Below, one piece after another: positions 44,988 through 59,230 of a stretch of DNA of 64,000 nt. Every line of letters starts with the position of its first letter. Position 1 is the stretch's first letter. A model generated the notes under the pieces. The model saw only the letters and a program-made list of their open reading frames with translations. It did no database searches and was not told the origin of the DNA. Origin of the DNA: Botryllus schlosseri (lineage: Eukaryota). The translations under genes and the position numbers were made by a program. The stretch is from NCBI GenBank assembly GCA_051294905.1, contig CM119371.1, forward strand, positions 7,874,001 through 7,938,000, read 5' to 3'.

Positions 44988-47900
44988 CAGTGCTTTTCAA
45001 CCTTTTTGAGCTTCATTCGCACTTTTTTTGGAAAATAAATTTCATTCGCACAAACTAACCGAATATTGTTATACAAAAGAAGATGAAAATACAACATTTA
45101 ATTGCTCAGATGTGCAACAAATTGGCTGGCTACTATGTAACTTAAGCAATCAAGTGTCTCATCAAAAAGGCAACAATTTTCGCTCGTTTTGATTTCAACT
45201 ATTTCACTAAAATCCTTCTACTAGTGCTTGGATGGCCAGGTCTTAAAACAGGGGTCACCAACACGCGACCCGCGAGGTCATATTTTGCAACCCGCGATCT
45301 GATTTCAAATTTCGGAAGAACGCCCAGTACTGAAATTCATTTCATTCGAAAAATATTGTTGCCGTTGTTCATAATAAGCTATTCTGTACCTAACACCACT
45401 ATTCCTCACCAGCTGATACCTCGGCGATGATATTTTAACATTCCATCGAGGAAGAATTAGCTGATATGAATTGGCAATGGGCATGGGCATATTGCCTTGA
45501 CCAGGGGTGGGCAATTATTTTCCTTCGCGGGCCAAATGGAAAGTAGAAAATACGTTGGCGGGCCGAGTGAAAAAATTTAGCTATATTCTCCATCATATTT
45601 TAATTTTATTTCTCAATTACATTGTTAGTAAATGCTGCTCAGTGAATGTGTTGATATTAGGTAATGAGAAATTGATGACGGTTAAATAAAAGAATATCTA
45701 TTTGCCCCTATGATTGGAAACAATGTTAATCATGATACATTTTTATCTCTCTTTAAACCCCTATCCACGTTCTTCTATTACGACTCTAAAACAGTGGTTC
45801 TCAAGCTTTTTCGGCACCCCTTCTTTTATGATAGTGAAAAAATTTCGCGCCCCCTTATCATAATATTACAAAATATTAAAAAATGTAACCAGAATGATAG
45901 CAATCCCAACGGATGGTTTGATGACATAAGAGGTTCTGGCTCTTGATGAGAGAATTCAGAAATACCACAGTCGAAGAATACACAGTGAAAAAACGATATG
46001 CGATGGTAAATCGCGCGTGGCGCAAAAAAAAATTCATTGAACTTCGGCTTTGCGCCACCCTTCTGATGCTTTAACGCCCCGCAGTTCAAGAACCACTGCA
46101 CTGAAATGTATATGCAATAGTACAAAGCTTGTGTTCGTGGTCGCTGCCTTCCGAGCAGTGTGCAGATTTAATAGCTTTTATGGTGAGCGTGGCTTGTAGT
46201 TTTTTTGAACTTCGCCCTCTCTTGATTGAGTGTTTCGTGTTTTGTCATAAAGCCGACTTTACTTAATATCCTTAATCTCGGCAACATGCTCGGCAAAACC
46301 TAAAAGGACGGGTTTACCCCTGACTCCAATATACAAATATTTACTACTATAGTTTAAACCTAAACCTTCTTTGAATTTCAGTTTTCGGATTTCTTTTTAT
46401 ATCATGCCCGTATCATGCCTTTATCGGTGATAGATATGATGAGTCGTATAGTAATCGCGAGCACTGATTGACTTGTTTCACGAATTAGGGATTTCGAAAC
46501 GTATCACGTAACAATTTGAAACACATGCCGTATAATGCGCAATGTGACATTGTCACAGTGACAATAAGCAACGAAGAGGGTTTGAACTAAACTACATGGA
46601 AAGAGTGTGATTTCTTGTTACTTCAATTACTACTCCTACTTTGCCACATTCCCCCTATTTTGAATCTGGACTACGCATGCGAGGTAAGTATAGGCAATGT
46701 AATCGTGGCATATTAATGAACAGGCTTCAAAATAAACGAATTTCCTGTTCATTGGGCACAGCCTATGGTTTAAGTCATTAATAAAGCGAGGTTTTTGTTT
46801 TGAATTCGAAGCAACCTTTCGCGGGCCGCACAGAATGGCTTCGCGGGCCGCATTTGGCCCGCGGGCCGCACTTTGCCCAGGTCTGGCCTTGACGCACAAT
46901 GGCGGTGACACTGCCAATACCGAAACAATTAGAAAAGGACTTAGGGCCTCGCCATAAGAGCAAGTTTCACGTGAAGATAGCTAGCTGTCTAGCTAACATA
47001 GGGTTGCCATACGTCCGGAATTTCCCGGACATGTCCGGAATTTCACTGAAAAATCTGCGTCCGGGAGGAATTTCTGAAATATGCCTAAATGTCCGGAATT
47101 TTGAAGGCTGGAAGCAGGCTCAAAAAAGTTTTTCGTAAATCAACGTAAGCAATATTATTTTCAAGCAGATTTATGCTATTCAAAATTGTTTTTCGCGCCG
47201 CGCGCGAGTTAATGCAACGTATAGTGATATTAGTTTGGGCACCAGGCCCCACCCACGCCAAAAATGCAATCAAAATACTATAAATAACCATCATTTACTG
47301 AAATAAGTCTGTAATCGCAATTATAAGCTAACGGTATATTCCTAGAGTGGGTTAAGGCCGATTGGATGCTTCAATCACAGACAGTGGTTCCAAATCTTGG
47401 GGTCGTCCGCCTTTATCTGGGGATCGTGATCATGTTGGACGTAATCTAGCTTCCTAGGTCGTGAGTAAGTGTGGTAAAGCTGAATTTTTTAGTAATCAGC
47501 TTATCAAGTTTTGAGCTTTGCCACGGAACATTTTAAAGTGGAAAATGAGGTCGCAACCATAAAAGGTTGGAAATCACCGGATGTGCAAAATGCTGGTGCA
47601 TTTTATAGTAGCCTAATATATCGAAGAATCAATATTATTGACAGAATCCATACATAAAATTTAACAGACAAATGCATATAGTAAGTGCCCAACAAGTTAC
47701 ATCGACTACCCTATGGTGGGCCCAAGATCAGTGCTTTTTTTGGGCGGAAGGGGGGAGAAAAAATGTTGTTTCGGACCTGATTAAAACACATTAACAGATA
47801 GCCCACCGACCTAACTCTATAGCAGGACTGTCAAACACAATCCTGACAGGCCAGACACGGCCCGCCAGATGATTTCATCCGGCCCGTGGAGGAATCTCTT

Positions 47901-49846
47901 GCAAACCCTAGCAAGTAGCAATCACCAGAGCTCACATTACAGATGGCCCAATTCATGACCTATGTTCCACTTCATACCTGTATAATGTATTCAGTCGATG
48001 GGCAATGCTTTGCTAGTGTGACGTCATATTGATGGTCAACGAGTTACAGCTCATTTTAAAATCCGCTAGTGGGCGCTAAAGAGTGTCCGGAATTTGCTTC
48101 ACAAAAATATGGTAACCCTAACTAACACCAATATCGATTCTTTTGTCATTGAAAAATGTGGTCTGGTATCGTGCGCAGATCATATTTCAAAATCGAATGA
48201 AAGTGATGATAATGATATTTTGTTGCTTTTGTATTAGTTATGAGAAAATATTTTTCTTTCATGGTAACTATGCCAATCGCCCATGTCAGAAAGCACGCCG
48301 CTGTACTGACGCGGTGTTAAACTGCGTGGCCTATTTTAATCTCGATATTGAATTCATATGACCCGCGGCCTCTACAAAATTTGAAAGTGGCCCGCGAGCC
48401 GTTTTGAGTTGGTGACCTCTATCTCTAAGTCTTTTCTGTACGCCTATGCAACATACAGCGCATTTTCACGAGTTAAAAATGCTTGCTGGAAGAAATCGAT
48501 TTTGAAAGCTGACAAAATGTCTAGGAGGATCCAGTATGTAGAAAGAGTGAAAAACCCACCTGTTTGTGTTGAGGCTTTCGCCTTATGTCTTGGAAAATGA
48601 AATCAAAACGATCAAGGATTGTAAGGACATTAGACTCGCTACCTTCGGATACGTGTTTTTCTCTTCAGCTCAATCTAACTAGTGAATTCATTACAGTTTA
48701 ATAACGTTAAAGCAGACTTTTAGACTAACACCAAAATCTCAGTTTTTCTGGCATCCCGCGACCCGAGCCTCTCCCATGAAAAGGAATTCATTTTTAATAT
48801 TAGGGTAGTATGCAATGATTTTATGGACATGCATGACATACAGAACGGGCACACCACAATTCTATTCAACATGGCTCTACAAAATATGTCTGACATGCTC
48901 GAATTCAAATTAGGGTGAATTAAATTCCTCTGCATGTCGCAGTTTTGGCACCGCAATTTATCAGCCGTTTGTTGGCCAAAACGTTCCGTCTTCATGTGAC
49001 CGGCCGCAGAACGGGTTGGCCTCGAAATGAATGCGTATCATAGATCTGAACTCGCTCGTTGTACATCCCTAGTCCTTACAGTAGCTCATCCAAACGATCT
49101 TCGACCATATGTTCCGGAAGAACCAGTCGGACAAATCTTATCATGAATTCTCATGATAAAGCCATATTTTCTGTGTGTCTCGCTTATTCGCTCCAGTACG
49201 CAACACCGCGACCTTAGATCTGTACAAACTATCGCAGGATTTTTGAAATAAAGTCAACAAATATTACATGCATATCAACAGATTGTTCTGGCACCGTGTC
49301 GACCCAAAATTATAGCCTTTGCGGTCTATATACTTTAATAACCCTTGGAAGGGTTACGTTACAGTAACTTAAAAACTGGAGTCTGTGATGATGGTATTTA
49401 CAACTGTCCTCGTACCTCGCACCAATCGAACAGGTATTACGGAAGTATGATGATTGTTTAGCGAACGTAAACAGAAGGTCAATTTGGCGTCATTTTTTCA
49501 GTCTGTCGCAGGCTCAGACGGCCTATATACTGTATGTCTGCCACTACACCAGCTTCCAATCCAGGCTTTTGGTTAAACAAGTTTTTACAATTGCGACGCA
49601 ACTACAAAAGTTACACTGCCCTTGAATTTCCCATTAGGTTTATTGGAATTATTCAAGGTCAGAAAAATTAACAATTATTATTCCCGATTTTCATTCGCAC
49701 TCATCCGGGATTTTCATTCGTACCACCTTCGTCATTCGCACTCATAAGGGATTTTCATTTGCACCGTTCGCACCATGTTCGTCATTCGCACTGCAATTTT
49801 CTTTATTCGCACAAGTGCGAACCGTCACACAGGTTGAAAAGCACTG
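44988..49846. mobile_element. hAT element containing nested MITEs, inserted in the LINE
   Basis: TIR cagtgcttttcaacct / aggttgaaaagcactg; TSD gtatggag / gtatagag after removing the 49851-50846 insert; ttcattcgcac subterminal repeats. Confidence 0.7.
46999..48120. mobile_element. 1.1-kb non-autonomous hAT-like element; 5'-truncated second copy at 55722-56821
   Basis: TIR tagggttgcc / ggtaacccta, tccggaa repeats; collinear high similarity between the two copies. Confidence 0.8.
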
Positions 49847-49850
49847 GTAT

Positions 49851-50846
49851 TAGAGATGGCGAGAACCTCTGAAAGGTTCAGGTTCGTGTGAACGCGAACC
49901 TTTGTGAAAGGTTCTGTGTGAACGCGAACGTGAACCTCATGACGTCACGTGACGTCAGATGGCTAATTCTAACCCTACATTTCAGTGAAGTGATAGTCTA
50001 TATCAATGTACAATTGTGCACGATACCTGCCGACGTCCCGAGTCACATAATGCCACAATGCTGAAGTACATAAATTGACGTTTTAAATTTCACCAAATGT
50101 ATCAACCGGGGCAATCAAAGGATATAATAATCCAATTAAATCAATATGTTACGCCGCTTTGCCAACAATTTCGACGAGGACTAGCAAGGGAATAAAAGCT
50201 TACGCCTTTACGGTCAAGGCGTATTGGGCGTCGAGTATAGCTACGTTGATATTGAGCAGAGTGTCGAACGGATTTCTATACTTGCTACCAATATTACCCC
50301 AATAACAAGTTATACAGCAGTAGCCAACACCCCAATCGCACTGAGGTATTGGTTTTTATGATACAATAAACATATGAAGTCAAGATTGACCCCGTAAGCC
50401 TGTTAGATTATTTACATCAGACAACGATATCAATTTCATTGATTGGTTGAATAAGCATAATTCGCTGACTACATCTAGTGTGTTTCTCTATTGATGTTGT
50501 GTGATTGTGGGTCAAGCTCACAGCAGAGAGTCACTAAATATTCACATACGGGAAGCTGGAAATTTCGAGCAAACGTTTGTAGCAAAGCACGTAAAGTTTT
50601 TGAGACTGTCACGGTGCATGCTTGTTTAGTGTTTATTATGTACGCTGCCAGCGCCATGCATGGAGTGGCCCGCAGTTGAAATGCAATGAATTGTAACCAA
50701 ACATGTTATAATCGCGTGGAAAATTGTAATATATGGAAGGTTCACAGTGCAGAACCTACCGAGGTTCGTATGTGAACGTGAACGTCTAAATTTATGAGGT
50801 TCACACACAGAACGCGAACGTGAACCTCACGTTCACACCATCCCTA
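49851..50846. mobile_element. hAT-type MITE with GTGAAC/GTTCAC repeats
   Basis: TIR tagagatgg / ccatcccta; perfect TSD actggtat. Confidence 0.85.
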
Positions 50847-50854
50847 ACTGGTAT

Positions 50855-51300
50855 AGAGACTCTCCTGCGTGTTGTTATTGGCGCTACCCCGAAACTGTGG
50901 ATCATCTTTTAATAAATTGCCCAAAATTTTCCTTTTGTTGCACTTTTCTGATTGATAAATGTGTTCAGTTAAAAGGAGATTTCTGTATAAATGATATGCT
51001 CTCTTGTTCTCGTATAATCCTGCGTGTCATTGAATTTGTGTTATCGTGTAACCACAATTTATTGCTGTATAGTCTATAATGTAATTCTGTTTTTCTATTC
51101 TGTTATGCTCGTACGTGGATCATCAATTCATGTTATTTTGCAACCACCATATGTGTCCCCGGATTTGTTTCTACTCCATTTTACATTTGTTCGTTATTTC
51201 GTGTTACCATTTTATGTGCTATATGTTCAATGTCCGTGGTGCGAAAGGCCGTTAGGCGATAAGCGCCAAATATTTCGTTAAATAAACGACAACAACAACT
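50855..51300 (+). pseudogene. LINE 3' fragment, right part (Cys/His knuckle, 3' UTR, tail)
   Basis: ETVDHLLINCPKF continues the LINE frame; ends in aataaa plus a (CAA)n tail. Confidence 0.7.
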
Positions 51301-51676
51301 ACGACTATCATTGACACTAAATTTCATGAAGGAAAAAAACCTACCATCAGTTCAGAGTATATGGAAAATACATCTTGCTCTTTCAAACGTAGACTCCTCT
51401 GAATAACTGCCAGAAGTATCCTAGTGCTCAATCAAATCGACTTTTCCTAACTACTAGAGTACTCCTAAGACCTCTCATCTTCTACCTCTACTTGAATTAG
51501 AGTATGTAAAGTCAGCTGCTGCTTCTACTCGTAACTGAATATAAATTTATGTCGTTAGTTCTGTATTTATAGTAGCAACGGTTACTATACTCTGATCGCC
51601 TATGAATTAAAGCCATTAATATGTATGTGGCAATCTCTGATTATCATTACGTTACACAAATATTACATCCATGTAG

Positions 51677-51866
51677 CCACGGAATCGATTATCACTACCG
51701 CAAACCTGAAAACGACGTTTTCTCCAACCAACTCGAGTTCCGTTTACACCACGGAAACAAGCGAAGCAATTGTTTCAACCGATGATACACACAGTAACTC
51801 TGCTGTTGTGGTTTTGGCATGCACCGCAGGACTTTTAGGGGTGGCACTCGTCATCATTGGAAGCAG
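51677..51866 (+). CDS. Host CUB-like membrane protein, exon 4 (S/T stalk and TM helix)
   Basis: tag| to |gtgagt, phase 1-2; T/S-rich stalk then AVVVLACTAGLLGVALVIIG. Confidence 0.8.
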
Positions 51867-52504
51867 GTGAGTCAATTCCAATACTCTCGATTTGAAGGCA
51901 CCAGACATGCAGTCCCAAAGATAATTTGGTGGGCCTTATCAAAGCGTATTAATCCTGGCGGCGACAAGTAATCTCGTCAGGCTGTTCAAATTTCATGTTA
52001 CATCAAAGGTACGTTATAAAATCATGTCTCAATATGAAATTACGGGTTCATATTACCTGTGATACAGTTTTACTGAGTAATATTTCATTTGAACAGTTGC
52101 GGCCCGTCTCATAGAGAAATTGGCGCAACCTGTAATTCTCTGCCATAATGAAATTTGGACTGCAATGTATTATTCAAGGAAGCAGAGCAATGGAAGTAGT
52201 GAAATGCCGTATACTTTGTGTTTCTTCGTTTCTAGATGTCTAGCCGTGACATACATTTTCCTCGATGAGTAGAACTCAAAACTAGCATTACTCAGCTGTT
52301 CCTCCAACGTTTAACAAATTGTGTATTGCGAAATAATAATTTATCGCTCTTCGTTCGGCTATTACAACTGGTACGATGAGACAGTACCACAAAAACCCGT
52401 AAAGAACCTATATACCATTAGAATTCTTCCATTATATCCTCAAACTGTGCATTGTGCAATCAACAATAGCCTACTGAACGCTTTCATGTATTTATTATTC
52501 TCAG

Positions 52505-52655
52505 ATACATTATCCTACTTGAGCGAAACAACTCGTCAAGTCAGAAGAAGTTATCAGAGTCGCCGGATAAGCAACAAGAGCCAAGATACGTGGAATGTAC
52601 GCCAAACCTGGATAAAGTTGATGTAACCAACGAACTCTATGAAACTTCTAATTAG
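52505..52655 (+). CDS. Host CUB-like membrane protein, exon 5 (cytoplasmic tail)
   Basis: Phase-compatible acceptor; tail contains EPRYVEC and NELYETS. The five exons sum to 813 nt (270 aa plus stop) with no internal stop. Confidence 0.75.
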
Positions 52656-53064
52656 TCGTCAAAGCGACTTTGAACTCCCGCTATGCACTGTAAATATATG
52701 GATGAAGCATTAGTGTATATACCGGATTGTCACCATATTGTAGGCCTGTTGTTGTTGTTGCTAGTATGATATTGTCGCTAATCAGTCACGTGAATCGGCT
52801 GATTGCCTGATTGAATGCCCTCGCGCAACGTGTTTATTTCTTGTTCTTTTACGAGCTGATTTACACGGTTTACTTTTGCGAGTCCAGACCGCCGATATGT
52901 AGATGATACTGTTGTCATATTTAGAAATGAGTTGAAATGTGATCAATTCATCATTCGCATAAATTCGCTTCGCCCACTCTGCGGTTCACACTTGAAAAAC
53001 AACGAAATAACTCATTGTCATTTTTGAACGTTTTAGCCGAATAGCATAATACCAATAAATTCGA

Positions 53065-53330
53065 AAATCCATCTTCAAGAAACCGACATTCAAATGCCAA
53101 TACCTTCATAAGAATTCATTTAGACGGTAGCAAATCAACCTCATGGGCACCATCTTGCATAGAGCGTTGATGATATGTTCGGGTAACAAACTGAACTTAA
53201 AAGTTGACAATATCCACAAAATCTCACTTCATAACGGTTTCCCTGAACACGCCATCAACCGCGGCATAGAGGAAAGTAACGCAATTTAACGCAAAAAAGT
53301 CAACAGAGCCTACCGAACTAACAACCAAAG
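53065..53330 (+). pseudogene. Penelope-like element RT C-terminal fragment
   Basis: KKPTF...YLH.NSF...INL..TILHRALMICS...NGFPEHAI. Confidence 0.7.
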
Positions 53331-53340
53331 ACGTGGGCAT

Positions 53341-53947
53341 TAGGGTTGTTAAAAAAAACTTTTTTTTCAAAATCTCACTCGCCTACTGACTAAATCGTCA
53401 GGTTGTCCAAGAAAACGATGCACACCAAATTTGACTCAATTCCAACCAGTCAAGGCCGTGCAATCTTGAATTGAAATTTTTAATTTATTAAAAAAAATTA
53501 AAAAAAAAAAATTCTCAAATTTTTCTGTCAACCCCTTGAAATTGTTGAGCTGTCTTCAAAGACGATGCAAAACAAATTTGAGTCAATTCCGACTAGTAGA
53601 AGCGGAACTATTTGAGTTTTTCGTTGATAATCCCCGGATCAAGGATAATCCGACAATTATCAACGAAAATCGCGAATAACTCCGCTTCTACAAGTCGGAA
53701 TTGACTCAAATTTGTTTTGCATCGTCTTTAAAGACAGCTCAACAATTTCATGGGGCTGACAGAAAAATTTGAGAATTTTTTATTTTTTATTTTTTTTAAT
53801 AAATTAAAATTTTCAATTCAAGATTGCACGGCCTTGACTGGTTGGAATTGAGTCAAATTTGGTGTGCATCGTTTTCTTGGACAACCTGACGATTTAGTCA
53901 CTAGGCGAGTGAGATTTGGAAAAAAAAGTTTTTTTTGAACAACCCTA
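53341..53947. mobile_element. Foldback (almost fully palindromic) hAT-type MITE, 607 bp
   Basis: Arms of about 290 bp are near-perfect reverse complements; TSD gtgggcat/gtgtgcat (7 of 8). Confidence 0.9.
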
Positions 53948-56900
53948 GTGTGCATCCATCTAGCTTGGATTGGCCCTATTTCCACCTGCTTTGAAAATCA
54001 ATCGGTCGGTAATCGGCATTGTTCTTAACAATCGCAGCGACGCAGCACAATGACCATAACAATGGCCCTGGCGTGGTTGTGATTGTTCAGAACAATGCCG
54101 ATTTTCAGACTTTGAGGTGTATTTCAAGGGTGTTTCATTGCCCTGATTAGATTTTATTGTATATTTTCGGAATAAGTGCGATAGTAGCTTTCAAATTAGA
54201 TCAACTTTATTGAATTTAAGCACGCGGGTCGTCAGCTGTGGGATTAGCAATTATGTTGCGTTCAGACTGTTGAGCAGTAATTTCCTATGGGCAAGCAAGC
54301 GTGGCGACGGGTGTTGCGTATTTATCCGGAGGTTAGTTATCTGTTATCTATAGTCCGACGGGAAAGGCTAAAATATGCTTAAATGAAAGGAATACCAAAT
54401 AAACGCCGTACAAACCGCCTGGACCGTGCTCTATGAGTACACAGAAAATGATTCAGAGGAACACTGCATATTTACAGCATCCGAAATTAGAATTTGTTTT
54501 GAAACATATTAGCATAAATTGGTAACACTGGTTAACAAAACGAAATTTCTTTTTTAGGCAAAGCATCTGAAAGCCGTTTCTGGGGTTTCAAGGTTGCTGA
54601 TTTTCGTTTTGTCTGATTGGCTCTTTGTCAGAAGATATTTATACCCCTAATAAAGCCCAAAATTAATCTATTTACCCTTAAATATATCATTTGGCAACAA
54701 GTAAATCGTAGTTTTTTTCTAATTTTATACTGCGCATAAACAGCTAATTGACTATGAAGAACCCCCATGTCATTCTCGGTCATTCTATCAATATTAACAT
54801 GACGTGATGCGAAATATTTGTTTGTCAAAAAAGCAGTTTGACAAGCCTAAAAATTGTACTTTTGCACAACGAAAATACATATTCCCTTGTATCAATTGGT
54901 CATTCTATCAAGAGGATTATAAACTATGAAATTTGTCTTTGAAAGGCTTAACTACAATACTCATATGCGTCTCATTTTTCTGACTGGTAAAAGGATTATT
55001 TTCAGCTGAGTTAAATAAGTGGGTATACCTATTAACCCTATCAAACGAGAAGCTTAAATCTGGTATCTGGCATATTCGAATACCGATGAAAGATTCCAAT
55101 TTCACATTAGGAAGGAGTTCACTGCATGTAATTTCTTCTAAGATGTAGTAAATAAAACTTTTTAGATGATCACAAAGCACCTAACTACAAACAGTTGGTC
55201 CGAAAATTCGTATCTGCATATCGAAAACTTGAGCACAAACATGAGCTTAAAAGTTCACTTCCTGTCCAGTCATCTTGATATATTTACTAATCATCTTGTT
55301 GATCAGCAACGAGAGTGGTTCTACCAAGACATCAGAACAACAAAAGAAAGATATCAGGGGAGATGAGATGAACAATTGAACATATTATGCCAGACCATTG
55401 CCGGAACCTTTCGAGAAACTGCACTGAATAGCTTATACTGCAGTGGTGTTTAACATACGGCCCGCGGGCCATATCCGGCCCGCCAGACGATGTCATCGGG
55501 CCCGCGAAGCAATTCTGAGAAGATTGAAAACTCCGTGTATTATCCAGCACATTTTCCCACAAATATAGAGATATTATTGTAAGAAATAGTTTCCGCAAGG
55601 TAACAAATATCAAGATCATAGTCCGTATTATAATTTTCCGACAGCGGCGCAATGCTTTCACTGTATTCACCATCAAGAACAAGTTGATGACACTGACATC
55701 CAATTCCCAAAACGCAACTCAGGACATGTCCGGAATTTCACTGAAAAATCTGCGTCCGGGAGGAATTTCTAAAATATGCCTAAATATTCGGAATTCTGAA
55801 GGCTTGAAGCACGCTCAAAAGTTTTTCGTAAATCAACATAAGCAATAATATTTTCAAGCGGATTTATGGTTTTCAAAATTGTTCTTCGCGCCGCGCGCGA
55901 GGTAATGCAACGTTTAATGATATTGGTATGGGCATCAGACACGACCCTTACCAAAAATGCAACCAAAATAAATATAAATAACCATCATTTACTGAAATAA
56001 GTCGGATTGTAATCGCAATTATAAGCTAACGGTATATTTCTAGAGTTGTTTAAGGCCGATTGGATGCTTCAATCACAGACAGTGCTTCCAAATCTTGGGG
56101 TCGTTCGCCTTTATCTGGGGATCGCGATGATGTTGGATGTAATCAGCTTCCTAGGACCCGAGTAAGTTTGGACAAGCTGTTTTTTTTTAGTATCAGCTTA
56201 TGAGGTTTTGAGCTTTGCCACGGTACATTTTCAAGTGGGAAATGAGGTCGCGACCATAAAAGGTTGGAAATCACCGGATGTGCAACCTGCTCGTGCATTA
56301 TATAGTAGCCTAATATATGGAAGAATCAATATTATTGACAGAGTTCATACATAAAATTTAACAGCCAAATGCATATAGTAAGTGCCCAACAAGTTACATC
56401 GACTACCCTATGATGGACCCAAGATCAGTGCGTTTTCGGGCGGAATGGGGGGAGGGGGTAGAAAAAATGTTGTTTCGGGCCTGATTAAAACACATAAACA
56501 GATAGCCGCACCGACCTCACAAGCAGGGCTGGCAAACACGATTCTGACAGGCGAGACACGGCCCGCCAGATGATTTCATCCGGCCCGTGGAGGAATCTAT
56601 TGCAGACCCTAGTAAGTAGCAATCACCGGAGCTTACTTTACGTAGGGCCCAATTCATGACCTATGTTCCACTCCATTCCTGTATAGTGTATGCAGTCGAT
56701 GGGCAATGATTTGCTAGTGTGACGTCATATTGACGGTCAATGTGTTACACCTCATTTTAAAATTCGCTGGTGGGCGCTAAAGAGTGTCCGGAATTTGTTT
56801 CACAAAAATACGGTAACCCTATGCTAGAATAGTAGCTAAAATACACTTGATCATGATCTAAAATGAAAGAGAACACGATAATACCACGTTAAACAAATAA

Positions 56901-58429
56901 CAGCTGGAACACCTGCTTATGGCAAGGTTGCTATCTGGAATAATGGCAAACTTGATTGTTTATTTCTCGTTCAATTGTGTGATTCGATTTAGAGACCGCA
57001 TTTCCAACTATTCATTATCACCCACTGCGTCCCAGTATCGCATTGTACATTGTGTATCTTGAGGGGATGGATATAATAAAACCACTCATTAAGTGATTAG
57101 AATCGGTCTGTGGCGTACTTAGTATGACTTTAGGCTATGTGGATTCGGCGATTACATAATATTGCGCTCGGTTCTCATCAAGATATGCTGCCCCTCCCAA
57201 TCTGACAACTATGTACACTGTACAGTAGAGTCTTCTGACAAGTAATCCGCATGATGCTCAAATCAGAAAAAAGGCAGAGGAAGAGTGCATACACAATTGA
57301 GGTTCATGGACAAGGATATTCACCTTTACGTAGGCTTTGCTGCATTGTGTAGAGCAGTGGTCGGGAACCTTTTTCGACCGAAGAGCCATATTTACCCAAT
57401 ATTTCCAATTGTAACTTCCAAAGAGCCATACATGTCAATAAAATTTTCCGTCACAATTGAAAATTCGTGACGTATACGGGTTTAAACCGGAAGTTCGTGA
57501 CCTTGCTTCTGATTGGTCAGAATTTTGTTTTTGTTGGTTACGACTGACAGCGTCGTCGTCAAGGGTATGCTGGCTGCGCTAGTCCAAAGGGAATGTAAAC
57601 AAAAACATTGAAACAGTATTTTGTAACCGTTTCAAAGCTCCAGGCCCTATGAGAATGAGTCTGTTTGGTTATAGTCTAAGATATCACATTCTATCGGTTG
57701 CAGTAACATCATCCCAGCAGGAGCAATACCATACTTTTCAGGAATTTCCATAGTCCTTTTTAATCCTAAATGTAATATTTATCGTGAATAGGGATATTAT
57801 CGTAAATAGGGATATTATTGGTAACAGACTTATAGTTCGTTGTTATCCACTATGGTGCATTGTGCGGTGTTTTGATGTGCAGCTACACATAAAAGAAATC
57901 CTGATCGATCTTTCCACCATTTTCCAAGTGATGAAAAGCTTAAAAATGTGGATAAACAGAATCAGCAGGAAAGATTGGTCGCCCAGTACTGGCTCCCGAG
58001 TGTGCTCTTATCACTTCAGAACAGAAGAATACAACCGTTATAGAGTGTCAGATGTGTCAGTTGGGTTCCTGAAAAGAAGGTTCAGAATTGATGCCGTGCC
58101 AAGCTGCAATCTTCGAGGCGAGAAAGAGGATACGTGGAATAACAAACGTAGAACATGTACAGCTCAGCGTGCCAACGACATAACTGTCGATGCAGATCAA
58201 AATTGTTATATTTGAAGAGCTTCTCGGAGGTACAGAACTTCAATATACAATTAAATAGTATATTCATATTGAAATGAACACAAATATTTTCGGCTGACAC
58301 TCGTCAGGGGTAATCGTCAGCAACTAGTAGAGAATTGGAAAGAACATTGTATATCAACAATCGTATCACAAAATATGACGTCACCAGCATGAAATGTCGA
58401 ATGAGAGAGCGTTCCATGTACTATTTTTA

Positions 58430-59230
58430 GGTGGTACACGAACTCCTTTTGTTGACAGAGTTTTGGTTGGTGTATTTTGATAAAAGTTGATTCCAAGGCA
58501 CACAAATGGAATTGTGAACGGCCTCGCCCTACGATTCAAAATCGGTCGTCTCGATAATTATTCGCACAAATCGGATTATCCAACAGATGTTTGCCGATGG
58601 CAGAATTAATGGCCTTTGATCGATCAGCATCAATCTTAATTGGATGAGTTAAGGGTGAGCTTTTCATTGAGCGTGACGCACGTGTTCTGATAAATCTGGG
58701 GACCTGTTGGTTTATGCGGTCCTGCAGACGTCTTGACGTTCTTCCCACGTAGCCGCAATCACAGTGGCACCTATATTCGTACACTACATTACTTTGTTGA
58801 AGTGCAGGAAGCACGTCTTTGCGTATTGAAGGGAGCAGTTGTGTTGTTGTAAAAATCACATTGGTTTTGACTGTGTCGTAACACTTACTGACAGCAGAAA
58901 TCAATTGTTTTTCAAAGCGGGTGGAAATGGGGCCAATCCAAGGTAGATGGATATAAACATCTTTTATTGTTCGTGCGGTGGGCTCTGTTCGTTTTTCTGC
59001 GTTGAATTGCGTTAATTTCCTCTCCATGCCGTGGCTGATGACGTGTTCAGGGTAACCTGAACCTGACCTTATCGACAGAAGATTCCCTTTCAAACGAATC
59101 TTTGTTTATCCATGTTATTTCGCCATTCCCGGAAAAGACTGCGCCATTGAAATGATATCAGTATCGCTCACGCGTACGAGACCATACTAGAAGAAAAATC
59201 TTATTCGTGAGGCGCACGTCATTGCAAATT
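58430..59230 (-). pseudogene. Penelope-like element 3' fragment with GIY-YIG endonuclease
   Basis: GYPEHVI...LPWIG...KDVLP...SNVVYEYRCHCDCGYVGRTSRRL...SAIGKHL...LESTFI...P.LCQQKE. Confidence 0.85.
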
